Shown: in pieces, positions 20,259 through 30,283 of the stretch | Position numbering within the stretch: the first letter of the stretch is position 1 | Layout: each line of letters starts with the position of its first letter | NCBI GenBank assembly: GCA_963755715.1 | Contig: CAVWLW010000064.1 | Coordinates: forward strand, 114,559 to 178,558 | Origin: an uncultured delta proteobacterium | GTDB lineage: Bacteria > Desulfobacterota > Binatia > UBA9968 | Reading direction: 5' to 3' | Length of the DNA stretch: 64,000 nt | Program-made: the position numbers and the translations under genes | Notes under the pieces: model-generated | Database searches by the model: none | What the model was told of the DNA's origin: nothing | What the model saw: the letters and a program-made list of their open reading frames with translations, nothing else

Positions 20259-20543
20259 CTACGCCTTTTCCATGCCGATCGAGAACATCCGCTCCAGATC
20301 GTGGCGCGAATAAACGCGAAACGCGATCAGCGTCTCCGAGCCGGTGATTCCCGGAACTCCCCGAATATGCTCCGTGACGATCTTTGCCAGTTGATCGTTG
20401 TCGCTGGCGCGCACGATCGCGGCGAGATCGTAGCGTCCCGCGACCGAATAAACCTCTGTGACACCATCGGTATCGGCTAGCGCTTCGGCGACTTTGTTCG
20501 TTTTATCTCGCTCGGTATTGAGCAGGACGATGGCGGAAAGCAT
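20259..20543 (-). CDS. Stand-alone Lrp/AsnC ligand-binding domain protein (no HTH)
   Basis: EVYSVAGRYDL and PGITGSETLI motifs; 94 aa; AGGAG RBS. Confidence 0.88.
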   Translation of the reverse strand: MLSAIVLLNTERDKTNKVAEALADTDGVTEVYSVAGRYDLAAIVRASDNDQLAKIVTEHIRGVPGITGSETLIAFRVYSRHDLERMFSIGMEKA

Positions 20544-20680
20544 ATTCGATCTCCTTCTACGTCAAGACCAGCAACCAGACCTGCTGAAAGAGTAGCCGAC
20601 ACGGCACACCATCGTCAACGCTGCGCGCCTTGAACGTCGAGCCGGCCTTCAATAATATGCGGCCCGAGACGGAGGCGACT

Positions 20681-21682
20681 ATGACGAGGCCGAAGATCTT
20701 GCGAATCATGCTTCATTTTTTGTGCTTTGCGTTCTTGATCGTTATTTCCGATTGTTTCGCTGAAGAGAAACTCACCGTATCTTACAGCTCGGTCGATGCG
20801 CCGAGCGCCAACTGGTACATCGCGCAGGAAAAAGGCTTGTATAAAAAATACGGTTTGGATGTCGAGTCGATTTTCATTCCGGCGTCATCAACCAACGTCG
20901 CCGTTCTGGTTGCCGGTCAACTCAAATTTGGCAACGGCACCGGCGGTACCATCGCCAGCGCCGCCGTGAGCGGCGCCCCATTAGTAGCGGTCGCCTGCTT
21001 CATGAACACATTGCCGTACGAATTGATTGTTCAGGATTCGATCAAAACGCCGCAGCAACTCAAAGGCAAAAGCCTCGGCATCAGCCGCATCGGCAGTTCG
21101 TCCGATGTCGCCGCGCGTATTTTTCTCAAGAACTTCGGCTTGGAACCGGATAAAGATGTCGCGATCATCCAGGTCGGAGGTTCGGGCGAGCGCTCCGCGG
21201 CGTTTCGCGCCGGCAAGATCGCCGGATTTGCCGCCCCTCCCGGAGTTTTGTATCTCACCAAAGGGCTAGCTCAACGCGTGTTGGCCAGCACGGCCGACTT
21301 TCAGAAAAACTATCCCTTTCCTTATATCTGCGGGACGACGACCAAAAGTTACTTGGCAAACAACCGGCCGACAGTGAAACGTTTGGTCATGGGATTGACT
21401 GACGGGGTGCGCTTCTTCAAGACACAAAAAGAAGAGAGCAAGAAAATTCTCGCGAAATACACTCGGCAAAACAACGAAGCCTACCTAGAAGCCGCCTATG
21501 AAATCAACGCAAAACTCATGGACCGAGTCCCCTACGTAACCCGCGAAGGCATGGACATCCAGGTCAAAGATGCCGTGGCGCGTAAACCCGGCGCCGTCCT
21601 GAAAGTCGACGACGTTATCGACGACTCCATCGTCGCGGAATTGGAAAAGGAAGGTTTCATCGACAAGCTTTACAAGCAGTAG
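20681..21682 (+). CDS. ABC substrate-binding protein, NitT/TauT family
   Basis: Signal peptide; EKGLYKKYGLDV, LKGKSLGISRIGS and DDSIVAELEKEGF motifs; GGAGG RBS. Confidence 0.9.
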   Translation: MTRPKILRIMLHFLCFAFLIVISDCFAEEKLTVSYSSVDAPSANWYIAQEKGLYKKYGLDVESIFIPASSTNVAVLVAGQLKFGNGTGGTIASAAVSGAPLVAVACFMNTLPYELIVQDSIKTPQQLKGKSLGISRIGSSSDVAARIFLKNFGLEPDKDVAIIQVGGSGERSAAFRAGKIAGFAAPPGVLYLTKGLAQRVLASTADFQKNYPFPYICGTTTKSYLANNRPTVKRLVMGLTDGVRFFKTQKEESKKILAKYTRQNNEAYLEAAYEINAKLMDRVPYVTREGMDIQVKDAVARKPGAVLKVDDVIDDSIVAELEKEGFIDKLYKQ

Positions 21683-21690
21683 TTCTTGCA

Positions 21691-21739
21691 GCGCGCGAAC
21701 GAGTTGAACTGGCTTTCGAACGTTTTGAGCCCGTTGAGG
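21691..21739. repeat. Degenerate family A repeat between convergent SBP genes
   Basis: gaacgagttgaactggctttcgaacgttttgagcccgttgag. Confidence 0.45.
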
Positions 21740-21740
21740 T

Positions 21741-22781
21741 TTATTTCCACAATTGATCGAAAAACCCTGAGCGTTTTACCTCTTCGACATAGCGATTATC
21801 GTAGTAGGCGGTTATCGGCGTGCTCCCCGCTAGCTTGGGGTCGATCAGACTACTCTGTACCATTTGCTTGACCATCGAGCGCAACGCTCCTTCGTTGACT
21901 AATCCTTCTTTCGCATAGTTTTCCGACGCGAAGAGATAAGCTTGCTCGAGCAGATCCGGATCCTTCATGGGCATCCATTTCATAATGACTTTCTTGGTGT
22001 AATCTTTGTCGGTTTGGATCAGCTTGATCGCTTCCGCCGTTACTTTGATCACGCGAATCACGGTGTCTTTGTCTTTCTCGATGACCGAGCGGCGGGCAAC
22101 GATGCCATTCGTGATAAAATCGGTAAATTTTTTGAGATCGTTAGGCGATACCAGTTCGTTGTAGCCTTGTTTCTTCAGTTGAAAATTATAAGGCGGGGAG
22201 AAAACCGCTCCATCGACCGAGCCTCGCACCAAACCGGCGAGCGCTTCGGGCTGTCCGCCCATTTGCAGAATGGTGACATTTTTTACGCCATAACCATCGA
22301 TCGCGGTCTGCAACGCAAAGTGTGTAACCGTGCCGAGACGGCTGACGCCGATCTTTTTTCCCGCCATGTCTTCGGGTCGTTTGATCTCAGGCTTGACCAT
22401 CACCGACTGCGTAAACCGGGGAACCATGGCTGTGACATGAATGATATCACCGCCGCTTAAGATGTTGGCGATGATGGCAGGCCCGCCGGAACCGGACATT
22501 TCAGCGGCTCCCGACAACATCGATTGGAAAAGCGCTGAAGAGGCGCCTATGAAAATCGGATCGAGATCGATACCGTACTTTTCCGAAAGGCGCGCTTGCT
22601 TGGCGACAAACCAAGGAAGACAATTGAGACCGATCGGCGAGAACGGAAAGGGAACTTTCTTGAGCGTCTGCGCCTGGAGCGAGCCAGGCAAAAGAAGCGC
22701 GGCGGCGAGAATGAAGAGAGCGAGCTTACGGCCAGCCCTCAAAGACAGGTAAGAAGACAGAAAATTTAGCGAGCGTTTCAT
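21741..22781 (-). CDS. ABC substrate-binding protein, NitT/TauT family
   Basis: Signal peptide; MAGKKIGVSRLGT and YDNRYVEEVKRSGF motifs. Confidence 0.9.
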   Translation of the reverse strand: MKRSLNFLSSYLSLRAGRKLALFILAAALLLPGSLQAQTLKKVPFPFSPIGLNCLPWFVAKQARLSEKYGIDLDPIFIGASSALFQSMLSGAAEMSGSGGPAIIANILSGGDIIHVTAMVPRFTQSVMVKPEIKRPEDMAGKKIGVSRLGTVTHFALQTAIDGYGVKNVTILQMGGQPEALAGLVRGSVDGAVFSPPYNFQLKKQGYNELVSPNDLKKFTDFITNGIVARRSVIEKDKDTVIRVIKVTAEAIKLIQTDKDYTKKVIMKWMPMKDPDLLEQAYLFASENYAKEGLVNEGALRSMVKQMVQSSLIDPKLAGSTPITAYYDNRYVEEVKRSGFFDQLWK

Positions 22782-22864
22782 CTCCGATCCTCCTCTCTTC
22801 GTAGGTTGCTTGTCTAGTACATTCGACTCTCCGGCGTCAATGCTTTCTTGATTAGGCTACGCTA

Positions 22865-22930
22865 AGATCTCTCTCTTCGTTCGAGATGACAAGCCCTTGT
22901 TTGTCATTTCGAGGCGCAGCCGAGAAATCT
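22865..22930. repeat. GTC-tagged REP-like inverted pair
   Basis: agatctctctcttcgttcgagatgaca ... tgtcatttcgaggcgcagccgagaaatct; 22902-22929 is identical to 26060-26087. Confidence 0.8.
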
Positions 22931-23008
22931 TTCCGAGGAGATTTAAGTGAGCACATGATATCTCCTCGTCGATGACGTGTTCATCTTGAAACAGCTTGAA
23001 CGATTGTC

Positions 23009-23716
23009 TTACGCGCCCTTGAGATGCTTCGCAAAGAAACCGAACGTCCTCGGCCACGAAGCGTTCGCCGCGTGTTCGCGGTAATTGCCCGAGCCGAAGT
23101 TGGCGAAGGCGTGAGCAGCATTGGGATAGGAATGAAATTCATGCGCCTTGCCGAGACGAGTCAGCTCAGCATCGAGTTTCTTCATGTCCGCCGGCGAAGG
23201 ATTCTTATCGTCTTCGCCGAAGTGACCCATAATCGGGCAGTGAATATTCTTCGTCCGCTCGAATGGCGATGGGCCATCGCCCCAGGCGTGGAATGGATCG
23301 CCACCGTAGTACATGACACCGGCTTTGATATCCGGATTCACCGCCGACATGAGATACACCGCGCGCCCGCCCATGCAGAATCCAACGATGCCGATCTGCG
23401 CAGGGTTCACAGACTTGTGCGACTGCAAATAGCCTACCGTCGCGTTAATATCGGCTATCACGGTTGAATCGGTCAACCTCATCCGCCGTGTCGGCGCATC
23501 GTCTTTACAGTCCGCCGGATCGCGATGATACAGATCCGGCGCTGCGGCAACGAACCCTTCCCGCGCAGCCATGTCGGAGAATTCGACAAAATCGTCGACG
23601 CCCGTCTGGCCTTGAACCACGACGATTGCGGGCGCTCGCGTGGAACTATCAGGCGCACTCACGTAGGTGCGCATGCTCGAACCGTCGAACCGGACATTTT
23701 CCCACGATGAACTCAT
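23009..23716 (-). CDS. Dienelactone hydrolase family protein
   Basis: GFCMGG nucleophile elbow, APDLYHR, GEDD and AAHAF motifs; start MSSSW after GAGG. Confidence 0.92.
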   Translation of the reverse strand: MSSSWENVRFDGSSMRTYVSAPDSSTRAPAIVVVQGQTGVDDFVEFSDMAAREGFVAAAPDLYHRDPADCKDDAPTRRMRLTDSTVIADINATVGYLQSHKSVNPAQIGIVGFCMGGRAVYLMSAVNPDIKAGVMYYGGDPFHAWGDGPSPFERTKNIHCPIMGHFGEDDKNPSPADMKKLDAELTRLGKAHEFHSYPNAAHAFANFGSGNYREHAANASWPRTFGFFAKHLKGA

Positions 23717-23774
23717 GATACACCTCGGAAGCGTAAGGGCGCGGCCTACCGCCGCGCCTCGGGACACGCCAATG

Positions 23775-24806
23775 CTAGTTTCCCAGTACTTTCTTTAATC
23801 GTTCAATAACCTCCGGCCGCTGCGACATCATCTCTTTAGCCATGGATTCCATCTCCTCGCCGGATGTGTACTCAGCGTCGAGCTTCTTGCTCTTCACTTC
23901 GTCCAAGAACGCGTTGTCCTTCAAAGTCTTCTGAAACGCTTCGCGAACGACCTTGACGAGTTCCGGGCGCATGCCTGGGGGACCCATGTACGGCCGCTGA
24001 AAGATTTCCGAAGCCGTCACCACCAGGGCCACCCGACGACCGATTTCGGGAGTCTTATATTTTTCCATCAACTCATTGAGCGTTGTCACATCGGCAAGCC
24101 GGCTGTCTCTATTTTTTCCGAGCTGAATGATGGCGCGCACGAAATTGTTTTTACGCCAGGTATGAAACGGTTCGCGAGCGAAGAACGCCGTGACACTGAA
24201 CGCCCGGCACTGAATCTCGCCGCGCTCCACCGCCAGGTCAACTTCGTTACCGCCTTTGTATCCTGTGATGATGTTGAACTTCGCGCCGATGGTTTCCTCC
24301 AACAGCCGCGGCACCATGAATCCGGTGGTTCCGGTTCCGGTGGCGCCGCATTTGGGCGGCTCCTTGGCGCTGCGCACATCTTCCATGGTTTTGAAGGGAG
24401 CGTCGGTGCGCATGTAGAGCAGGTCCGTCGTGCGCGAAGCATTGCCGAGCCAGGCGAACTTTGCCCAGTCGAATTTGATCTCAGGTCTGCCGATCAGTTG
24501 ATCGACGTAAAGATTGGGGTTGGGAGCGAGCAAAGTCAGGCCGTCGGGTTTGGCGACGCTGTAGACGAAATTCGCCGCGACGATATGGCCTGCGCCGGTC
24601 ATGTTCTGCACCACCAGGTTAGGATTGCCGGGAATATGCTTTCCCATATGCGCCGCGATCATGCGCGCGTAAATATCGAAGACGTCGCCGGTCTGGCTGC
24701 CGGTAATAATTGTAATCGTCTTGCCTTGATAATAAGGCGACTGCGCGGCGGCACGGCTGAGCGGCGCGAATAGAATGATCAATAGCAAAAGAAACGCTCT
24801 TTTCAT
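23775..24806 (-). CDS. Tripartite tricarboxylate transporter substrate-binding protein (TctC/Bug-like)
   Basis: YQGKTITII, IPGNPNLVVQNMTGAG, KPDGLTL and GYKGG motifs; GGAGG RBS. Confidence 0.9.
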   Translation of the reverse strand: MKRAFLLLLIILFAPLSRAAAQSPYYQGKTITIITGSQTGDVFDIYARMIAAHMGKHIPGNPNLVVQNMTGAGHIVAANFVYSVAKPDGLTLLAPNPNLYVDQLIGRPEIKFDWAKFAWLGNASRTTDLLYMRTDAPFKTMEDVRSAKEPPKCGATGTGTTGFMVPRLLEETIGAKFNIITGYKGGNEVDLAVERGEIQCRAFSVTAFFAREPFHTWRKNNFVRAIIQLGKNRDSRLADVTTLNELMEKYKTPEIGRRVALVVTASEIFQRPYMGPPGMRPELVKVVREAFQKTLKDNAFLDEVKSKKLDAEYTSGEEMESMAKEMMSQRPEVIERLKKVLGN

Positions 24807-24883
24807 GTGCGATCCTCCAAACGAAGATAAGGACTCAGCAGACTGTGCCCTTACGCGACTGGCATTATATTCCCCCAACTAGA

Positions 24884-26033
24884 CTAACCACGGCCTTGAA
24901 ACACTTCGCCCGCTCGAATCGTCCATTTCGCCGCGATCCGCTGTTGATGCAGCTTTTCTCCGCCGACAGAATCGCGCAGCGTTACCGGATCGTCGAGAAT
25001 TTGCAGCACGGCGATATCCGCTTCCCGTCCGACTTCCAGACTGCCGATGCGATCTTGCCAGCCGATCAGCGCGAGCGGCGTTGACCGTGCAGTTGGCGAT
25101 GATCTGTTCGAGACTCAAACCCAGCGGCAAGAATTTCGTCAGCACCGTCGGCAAATCGCCGACGACGCCGAAACCGGGCTGCGCCAAGCGGCCGTGCAAG
25201 TCCGAGCTGATGACATCGGGCGATGATGCCTTCGCCCATCGCGCGCTCGACAAGATTGAAATCAAAGTGGCCGCCGGCATGGCCGACGTCGAAGATCACG
25301 CCGCGCTCTTTGGCTTTGCGCACCAGCGGCAAAAGTTTTCCCTTGTCGTCGATGATCGATGGCTTCTGCGGCGTGTAGCAATGCGTGATGATATCGCCGG
25401 GGCGCAACGTATCGGCGATCTCATCCATGCCGATGGCCGTGTCGCCGACGTGCACCATGATCGGCGTGCGCGTCGCCTCGCCGGCCTTGATCGCCAAGCG
25501 CAGCGCTTCTCGGCTGTTCTCGCCGATGGATTTCTTGTGCAGGCGCACTTTGATACCGACGCCGATGTCGCGGTTATTGCCGACGGTCTCGGCAGCGCCG
25601 TCGGAATCCGCGAAATCCGAGATTGAGCAACTCTCCGGGCGTCGTTCAAGACGCCGTGTTGCGCCAGAGCGATGAAGCCGAGCATCCGCGTCTTGGACTG
25701 ATCGTAAACTAATTTGCGAAAGCCAAGAAAATTCACCGGCCCGGCGGAACCCGCATCCATCGTCGTTGTTACCCCGGTGGCGAGGCAGAGCGAATCGAGA
25801 TTACAGCCATAAGGATTCACGCCCCAATAGCTGTGCACGTGGAAGTCGATCAAGCCCGGCGTGACATAGCAGCCCGCCACATCGATCACGCGCTTCGCCC
25901 CGCTGCGCGGCAGATCGGCTTGAATCGCCGCGACCCGATCGCCCGTGACCGCAACATCCAATTTCTGATTCAGCTTGGTCGCCGGATTGAGAACCGTGCC
26001 GCCGGTCAGAAGTAAATCAAACGCATCGCTCAC
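24884..26033 (-). CDS. Amidohydrolase/deacetylase (dihydroorotase-like) metallohydrolase with several frameshifts
   Basis: PGLIDFHVH, DAGSAG, MVHVG, THCY, DVGHAGGHF and ISSDLH motifs spread over ORFs 25296..26174, 25066..25548 and 24879..25280; ends GEVFQGRG-stop at 24884. Confidence 0.85.
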
Positions 26034-26059
26034 AGAAATGTCTGCGCTTTTCTGAAATC

Positions 26060-26150
26060 TGTCATTTCGAGGCGCAGCCGAGAAATCCTTCTCGACCTTG
26101 CTCGTCAGATCACACGGCAGACTCTGAACACGAACACGCTCACGAACACG
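26060..26150. repeat. GTC-tagged REP copy plus 6-bp tandem repeat
   Basis: tgtcatttcgaggcgcagccgagaaatc (exact copy of 22902-22929) and gaacacgaacacgctcacgaacacg. Confidence 0.75.
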
Positions 26151-26154
26151 TCTC

Positions 26155-27192
26155 CTAATCCCCATCCAACCCATAAAACTTCGTGGGATTGTGGTAAAGA
26201 ATCTTGTCGATCACCTTCGGATCGATATCACCGTTGTCTTTGAGCTTCGCCAACGCCAACAGTTCGCTGGCATTATCCGCATGGCCGTAGTCGGAACCGA
26301 TCATCAAGCAATTTTCGCCCGCATACTGGAGCACGTAGGGCAGATCGTCGTCGGTCTGGCAGGCGACGAATAGTTGATCGCTGCCGCTCAGCACATCCGG
26401 CCGCGCTTCCTTGCCTTCCAGTTTTGGAAATCGCAAGTTCAGATCATGCACCAAATACGGCACCCACTGCGCCGCGACTTCAATCGCGCCGATGCGCAGC
26501 TTGGGAAATTTTTCCGGGATGCCATTCAGAATCATGGAGTGAAAACCGCCGATGACGATCAGCTTGGCGACGCGGAACGGTTCGCCGCCGAGCATTTCAT
26601 TGACGGTAAAGTTGCCGATGCCGGAGTGAATGCCGATCGGCATGTTGAGCCGGCTCGCTTCTTCGTAGAGCGGAAAAAAATAGGGATCGTGCAGCGTATG
26701 GTTGGTTTCGATGCCGCGCATGAAGACCGCGCAAGCGCCGTTGCCGTGCGACCAGCGCAGCTCGTCGAGCGCTTGGTCCATCGTCATCAAAGGCAGCTGG
26801 ACCGCCCAGCGCAGACGCTTTTTGTCCTTCGACCAGATATCCGCCATCCAGCGATTGTACGACCGGCAAAGCGCCAGCTCGATGCGCGGATTATCGGTAA
26901 CCGGCCTTAGGAAAAGTGTCGGATAAAGCACTTGTACGCCGGTGCCGATGTCGTCCATGTGCTTCAAGCGCGAATCGATGTTCGCCATCTCGCGCGACTC
27001 TTTCGAAGTGTCTTGCCCGATATTATCGCGACCGCCGATCAAGCGCCCGCCGATGATCCAAAAATTTTGCGTCTTGCCCGTCGGCATGTCGACCGCGATC
27101 GCCACCGGCCGGTAGCGCTTATCGTCGCCTTCCAGGTAATCCCAAGTCTTCTCGCATTCGATCACGTGCGCGTCGGCATCGATCGTTAACAT
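26155..27192 (-). CDS. Amidohydrolase_2 family protein (ACMSD/LigW-like)
   Basis: IDADAH, YNRWMAD, IGIHSG and IGSDYGH motifs; GGAGG RBS. Confidence 0.92.
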   Translation of the reverse strand: MLTIDADAHVIECEKTWDYLEGDDKRYRPVAIAVDMPTGKTQNFWIIGGRLIGGRDNIGQDTSKESREMANIDSRLKHMDDIGTGVQVLYPTLFLRPVTDNPRIELALCRSYNRWMADIWSKDKKRLRWAVQLPLMTMDQALDELRWSHGNGACAVFMRGIETNHTLHDPYFFPLYEEASRLNMPIGIHSGIGNFTVNEMLGGEPFRVAKLIVIGGFHSMILNGIPEKFPKLRIGAIEVAAQWVPYLVHDLNLRFPKLEGKEARPDVLSGSDQLFVACQTDDDLPYVLQYAGENCLMIGSDYGHADNASELLALAKLKDNGDIDPKVIDKILYHNPTKFYGLDGD

Positions 27193-27232
27193 TTTTTTAA
27201 CCTCCAAAACATCGAAACATTTTTTGTAACTT

Positions 27233-28253
27233 TTACAAAGCGTAGAGAGCGCGCGCGTTATCGTCGAGAATTTTATCGATCACGCGCGCGGCGATTTTAC
27301 CTTCGTTGCGAATTTTGCGCAGTGCTTCGATCTCGCTGGCGTTGTCCGAGTGACCGTAATCGGTGCCGATGACGAGATTATCTTCACCGGCGTAGCCGAG
27401 AATGTAATCGAGATCGTCATCGGTCTGGCAGGTGACGTAAACGCGTTTTTCTTTGAGCAGATTATCGCTCAACTGTTTGCCGCGCCGCGTGATGGCGCCG
27501 CGCCAGATCGTGGATCGCGTAGGGAATCCATTGCGCGCTGACTTCGATAATGCCGATGCGCAATTTAGGGAACCTCTCGGGAATGCCGTCATTGACGAGC
27601 GAATGAAAAGCGCCCACCACGGCGAGCTTGAATTTGCAAAATCCGGGCTCGTCGAGAAAAAAATCATGCGCCTCGATGCTGCCGTTCGCCGAGTGCACGC
27701 AAACGGGCAGGTCGAGCTTCGTCGCGGCGTCATACATCGGATAAAAATAAGGATCGCTCAAGCGCCGATCCGCTTCCAAGCCTCTCAAGTACACGCCGCA
27801 CGCGCCGTGCTCCTTGCCGAACTTGAGCTCATCGGCGACGCGATCCATGTTAAGCAACGGCGGCACGACGACCCAGCGAAAACGGTCCGGCGCCTTGGCG
27901 ACGATATCAGCCATCCAGCGGTTGTAGCTGCGGCAAATCGCAAGATCGACCTCGGCGCGGCGCGCCGTCGGAAAAATAAAAATCGTCGGATAGATCACCT
28001 GAATATCGATGCCGAGCTCGTCCATGTGCTTTAAGCGAATGCTCAGATCGCTCATGTCGCGGGCCGCTTCGGGAAGGTTTTTTTCGACGTTGCTGCGCGG
28101 CATCAATCTGCCGTCGATGTGCCAATAATTGATCGCCGGGTCGCCGCTCGCCGCGCCGACAATGCGCGGCCGATATTGCCGTTCGGATTCCAGCATGTAA
28201 TCCCATGCCGATTCGCTCTCGATCACATGGGCATCGGCATCGATGATTTTCAT
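27233..28253 (-). CDS. Amidohydrolase_2 family protein, extra base near 27495
   Basis: IDADAH, YNRWMAD and VCVHS motifs; IGTDYGHSD tail lies in the 27233..27733 frame; clear paralog of the neighbouring gene. Confidence 0.9.
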
Positions 28254-28268
28254 GATCTCTTCCTCTGA

Positions 28269-28296
28269 CTCACGCCTCGCGCCTCAAGCCTCTGCC
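28269..28296. repeat. 7-bp-period tandem repeat
   Basis: ctcacgc-ctcgcgc-ctcaagc-ctctgcc between the SDR and amidohydrolase genes. Confidence 0.6.
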
Positions 28297-28299
28297 TTT

Positions 28300-29040
28300 T
28301 CATCCTTCCCGCGCCAACTCATCGACCAGCCTGCCGTTTTCGTACGCGAAACACTTGCCGCTCTGATCCATCGGCAGTTGCGCGCACAGCACGAAGCCTT
28401 GTCCCAAGACCTCCGGTCCAGGCAAGCGCTTGAGCGCTTCCGCCGGCGCGGTTTCCGTCGCGATCGGTACCCGCGGCGAAAAAGTCACCACGCAAATGTT
28501 TGCATCGCGAACTTCTTCCGCAACGTAACGAGAAAAAGTGCGAATACCGTCTTTAGTGACCATGTACGTGCCGGCGCCGCCTGGTTTCACTCCGCCGCCG
28601 CCGTAAAGATTGATAATGTGGCCGGCCTTTTGCCTCGTCATGTGTGGAATCACATGTTTGGTGCCGAAGAACGTGCCGTAAAGATTGGTGTGCAGGACCC
28701 GATCCCAAAACTCCAACGGCATATCGGCGATCAGCGGCCAGCGCGGGATATTCCAGGCGAAATGCGGCACGATGGCGGCGTTGTTCATCATCACGTCGAT
28801 CTGGCCGAAGCTATCAATCACTTCGTCGACCATCGCCTTAACGCTGTCTTCATTGCGCACGTCGACATGGACGGCCAGAGTCTCGGTCGTATGCCCGATC
28901 TCCGCCGCTGTCTTTCGCGCCAAATCGTCATTGACGTCGGCAATGACAATTTTGGCTTTCTCTTGCGCGAAAGTTTTCGCCGCGTGCTTGCCGATACCTT
29001 GCCCGCTTCCCGTAATAACGACAACTTTTCCTTGCAGCAC
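28300..29040 (-). CDS. Short-chain dehydrogenase/reductase
   Basis: TGSGQGIG, NNA and YMVTK (YxxxK) motifs; GTG start after GGAGG. Confidence 0.92.
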   Translation of the reverse strand: MLQGKVVVITGSGQGIGKHAAKTFAQEKAKIVIADVNDDLARKTAAEIGHTTETLAVHVDVRNEDSVKAMVDEVIDSFGQIDVMMNNAAIVPHFAWNIPRWPLIADMPLEFWDRVLHTNLYGTFFGTKHVIPHMTRQKAGHIINLYGGGGVKPGGAGTYMVTKDGIRTFSRYVAEEVRDANICVVTFSPRVPIATETAPAEALKRLPGPEVLGQGFVLCAQLPMDQSGKCFAYENGRLVDELAREG

Positions 29041-29130
29041 GATCTGACCTCCCAAAATGTGAGACAGTTCTATATGGAGCGATTATCGCAATCCAGAAAT
29101 GGATTCAAACGTAGATATAATGGTCTCGTG

Positions 29131-29198
29131 TTTAGCGTCTTGGGACTGGCGTTGAGGGATTGATTAACCCTAGACCCCAGACTCTAAACCCTAGACGC
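29131..29198. repeat. 7-bp-period inverted repeat
   Basis: tagcgtcttgggactggcgttgaggg ... aaccctagaccccagactctaaaccctagacgc. Confidence 0.6.
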
Positions 29199-29211
29199 GC
29201 CGGGCGCGCGC

Positions 29212-30219
29212 TCAGCGTTGCGCCGCGTAGAGCCGGTCGATAAAGCCGCTCTCATCGAGCTGGCGCACGAAACGCGGGTCGGCAAGATCCTCGACCTTGA
29301 GCGCGGCGATTTTCGGATTCTGTTGCGCCATCAAGCGCTGCGCCGCGCGCAGCCCGGCCAATGATGGGTAAGGTTTGCGGTTGAGCGTGAGCAGATGATC
29401 CTGGTAGCCCTCCTCGGCCGCGTGCGCATCGGTGAGCCGCAATTGCTTCATTAAAATTTTCAGCGCCACCGGTTTATTGGCCGGCAACTGAACGAAGGCA
29501 AGGCCTTCAGTGAGAGCGCTGACGACTTTTTCAAGCGTCGCCGGCTGCTGGTCCAGATAGGCGCGCGTGACTCCCAATCCCAATCCCGGAAAGCTGGCGT
29601 CGGTCTTGGCGAGATCGACAAGCTGGGTGAATCCTTTGCTCGCCAGCCGCCGGCTGAGCGCCGGATCGAGCACCGCGGCGTCGATCCGTCCGGCTTCGAG
29701 CGCGTGCCCGATCGTCACCGGATCGCCGATCGGTAAGAACGAAATGTTGTCGCGCTTTGGCTCCAAGCCGAGTTCTTCTAACGCGAGCATCGCGTACATC
29801 CAGGTGCTACCGACGATGCTTTGCACGCCGAATCGCTTGCCTCGTAAATCGGCGGCCTTCTTGATTTGTGGGCTGGCGATCAGCTTCCAACTGACCCGGC
29901 TCGATATCGACGTCAACATTTTTACGTCGATGCCTTGCGCCGCGGCGCCAAGAACTGAAACGCCTGAGGTAAACGCCGCTTGAATCTCTCCGGTTAGCAG
30001 GCTGGCGACCAGCGTCGGACCGCCGCGAATCAAAATAAGCTGCGGATCGATGCCGTATTTCACAAAGAGGCGCTGTTCCTCGGCCACCCACAGGCTGAGC
30101 GCGCTGCTGCTGACCGACGCAACGCCGATGTTGATTCGCGCCGGCCCCGCCGCAGCGTTGGCAGCCGAGGACATCAAGCAAAGCAAGCTCATCAGCAACG
30201 AGCTGGCGAAATTATTCAT
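29212..30219 (-). CDS. ABC substrate-binding protein, NitT/TauT family
   Basis: Signal peptide; LRGKRFGV and DPRFVRQLDESGF motifs. Confidence 0.9.
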   Translation of the reverse strand: MNNFASSLLMSLLCLMSSAANAAAGPARINIGVASVSSSALSLWVAEEQRLFVKYGIDPQLILIRGGPTLVASLLTGEIQAAFTSGVSVLGAAAQGIDVKMLTSISSRVSWKLIASPQIKKAADLRGKRFGVQSIVGSTWMYAMLALEELGLEPKRDNISFLPIGDPVTIGHALEAGRIDAAVLDPALSRRLASKGFTQLVDLAKTDASFPGLGLGVTRAYLDQQPATLEKVVSALTEGLAFVQLPANKPVALKILMKQLRLTDAHAAEEGYQDHLLTLNRKPYPSLAGLRAAQRLMAQQNPKIAALKVEDLADPRFVRQLDESGFIDRLYAAQR

Positions 30220-30283
30220 CGGCAGCAGGAAAGATCAGGATCGATGATGGCAACGCGAAAAAAATTGGACTGCGTCGTTATTC

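Noticed and set aside
28243-29163. 306-aa plus-strand ORF, and similar long ORFs at 4111..4974, 51978..53183 and 57157..58449
   Set aside because: Antisense shadows of well-supported genes in GC-rich DNA with no recognisable motifs
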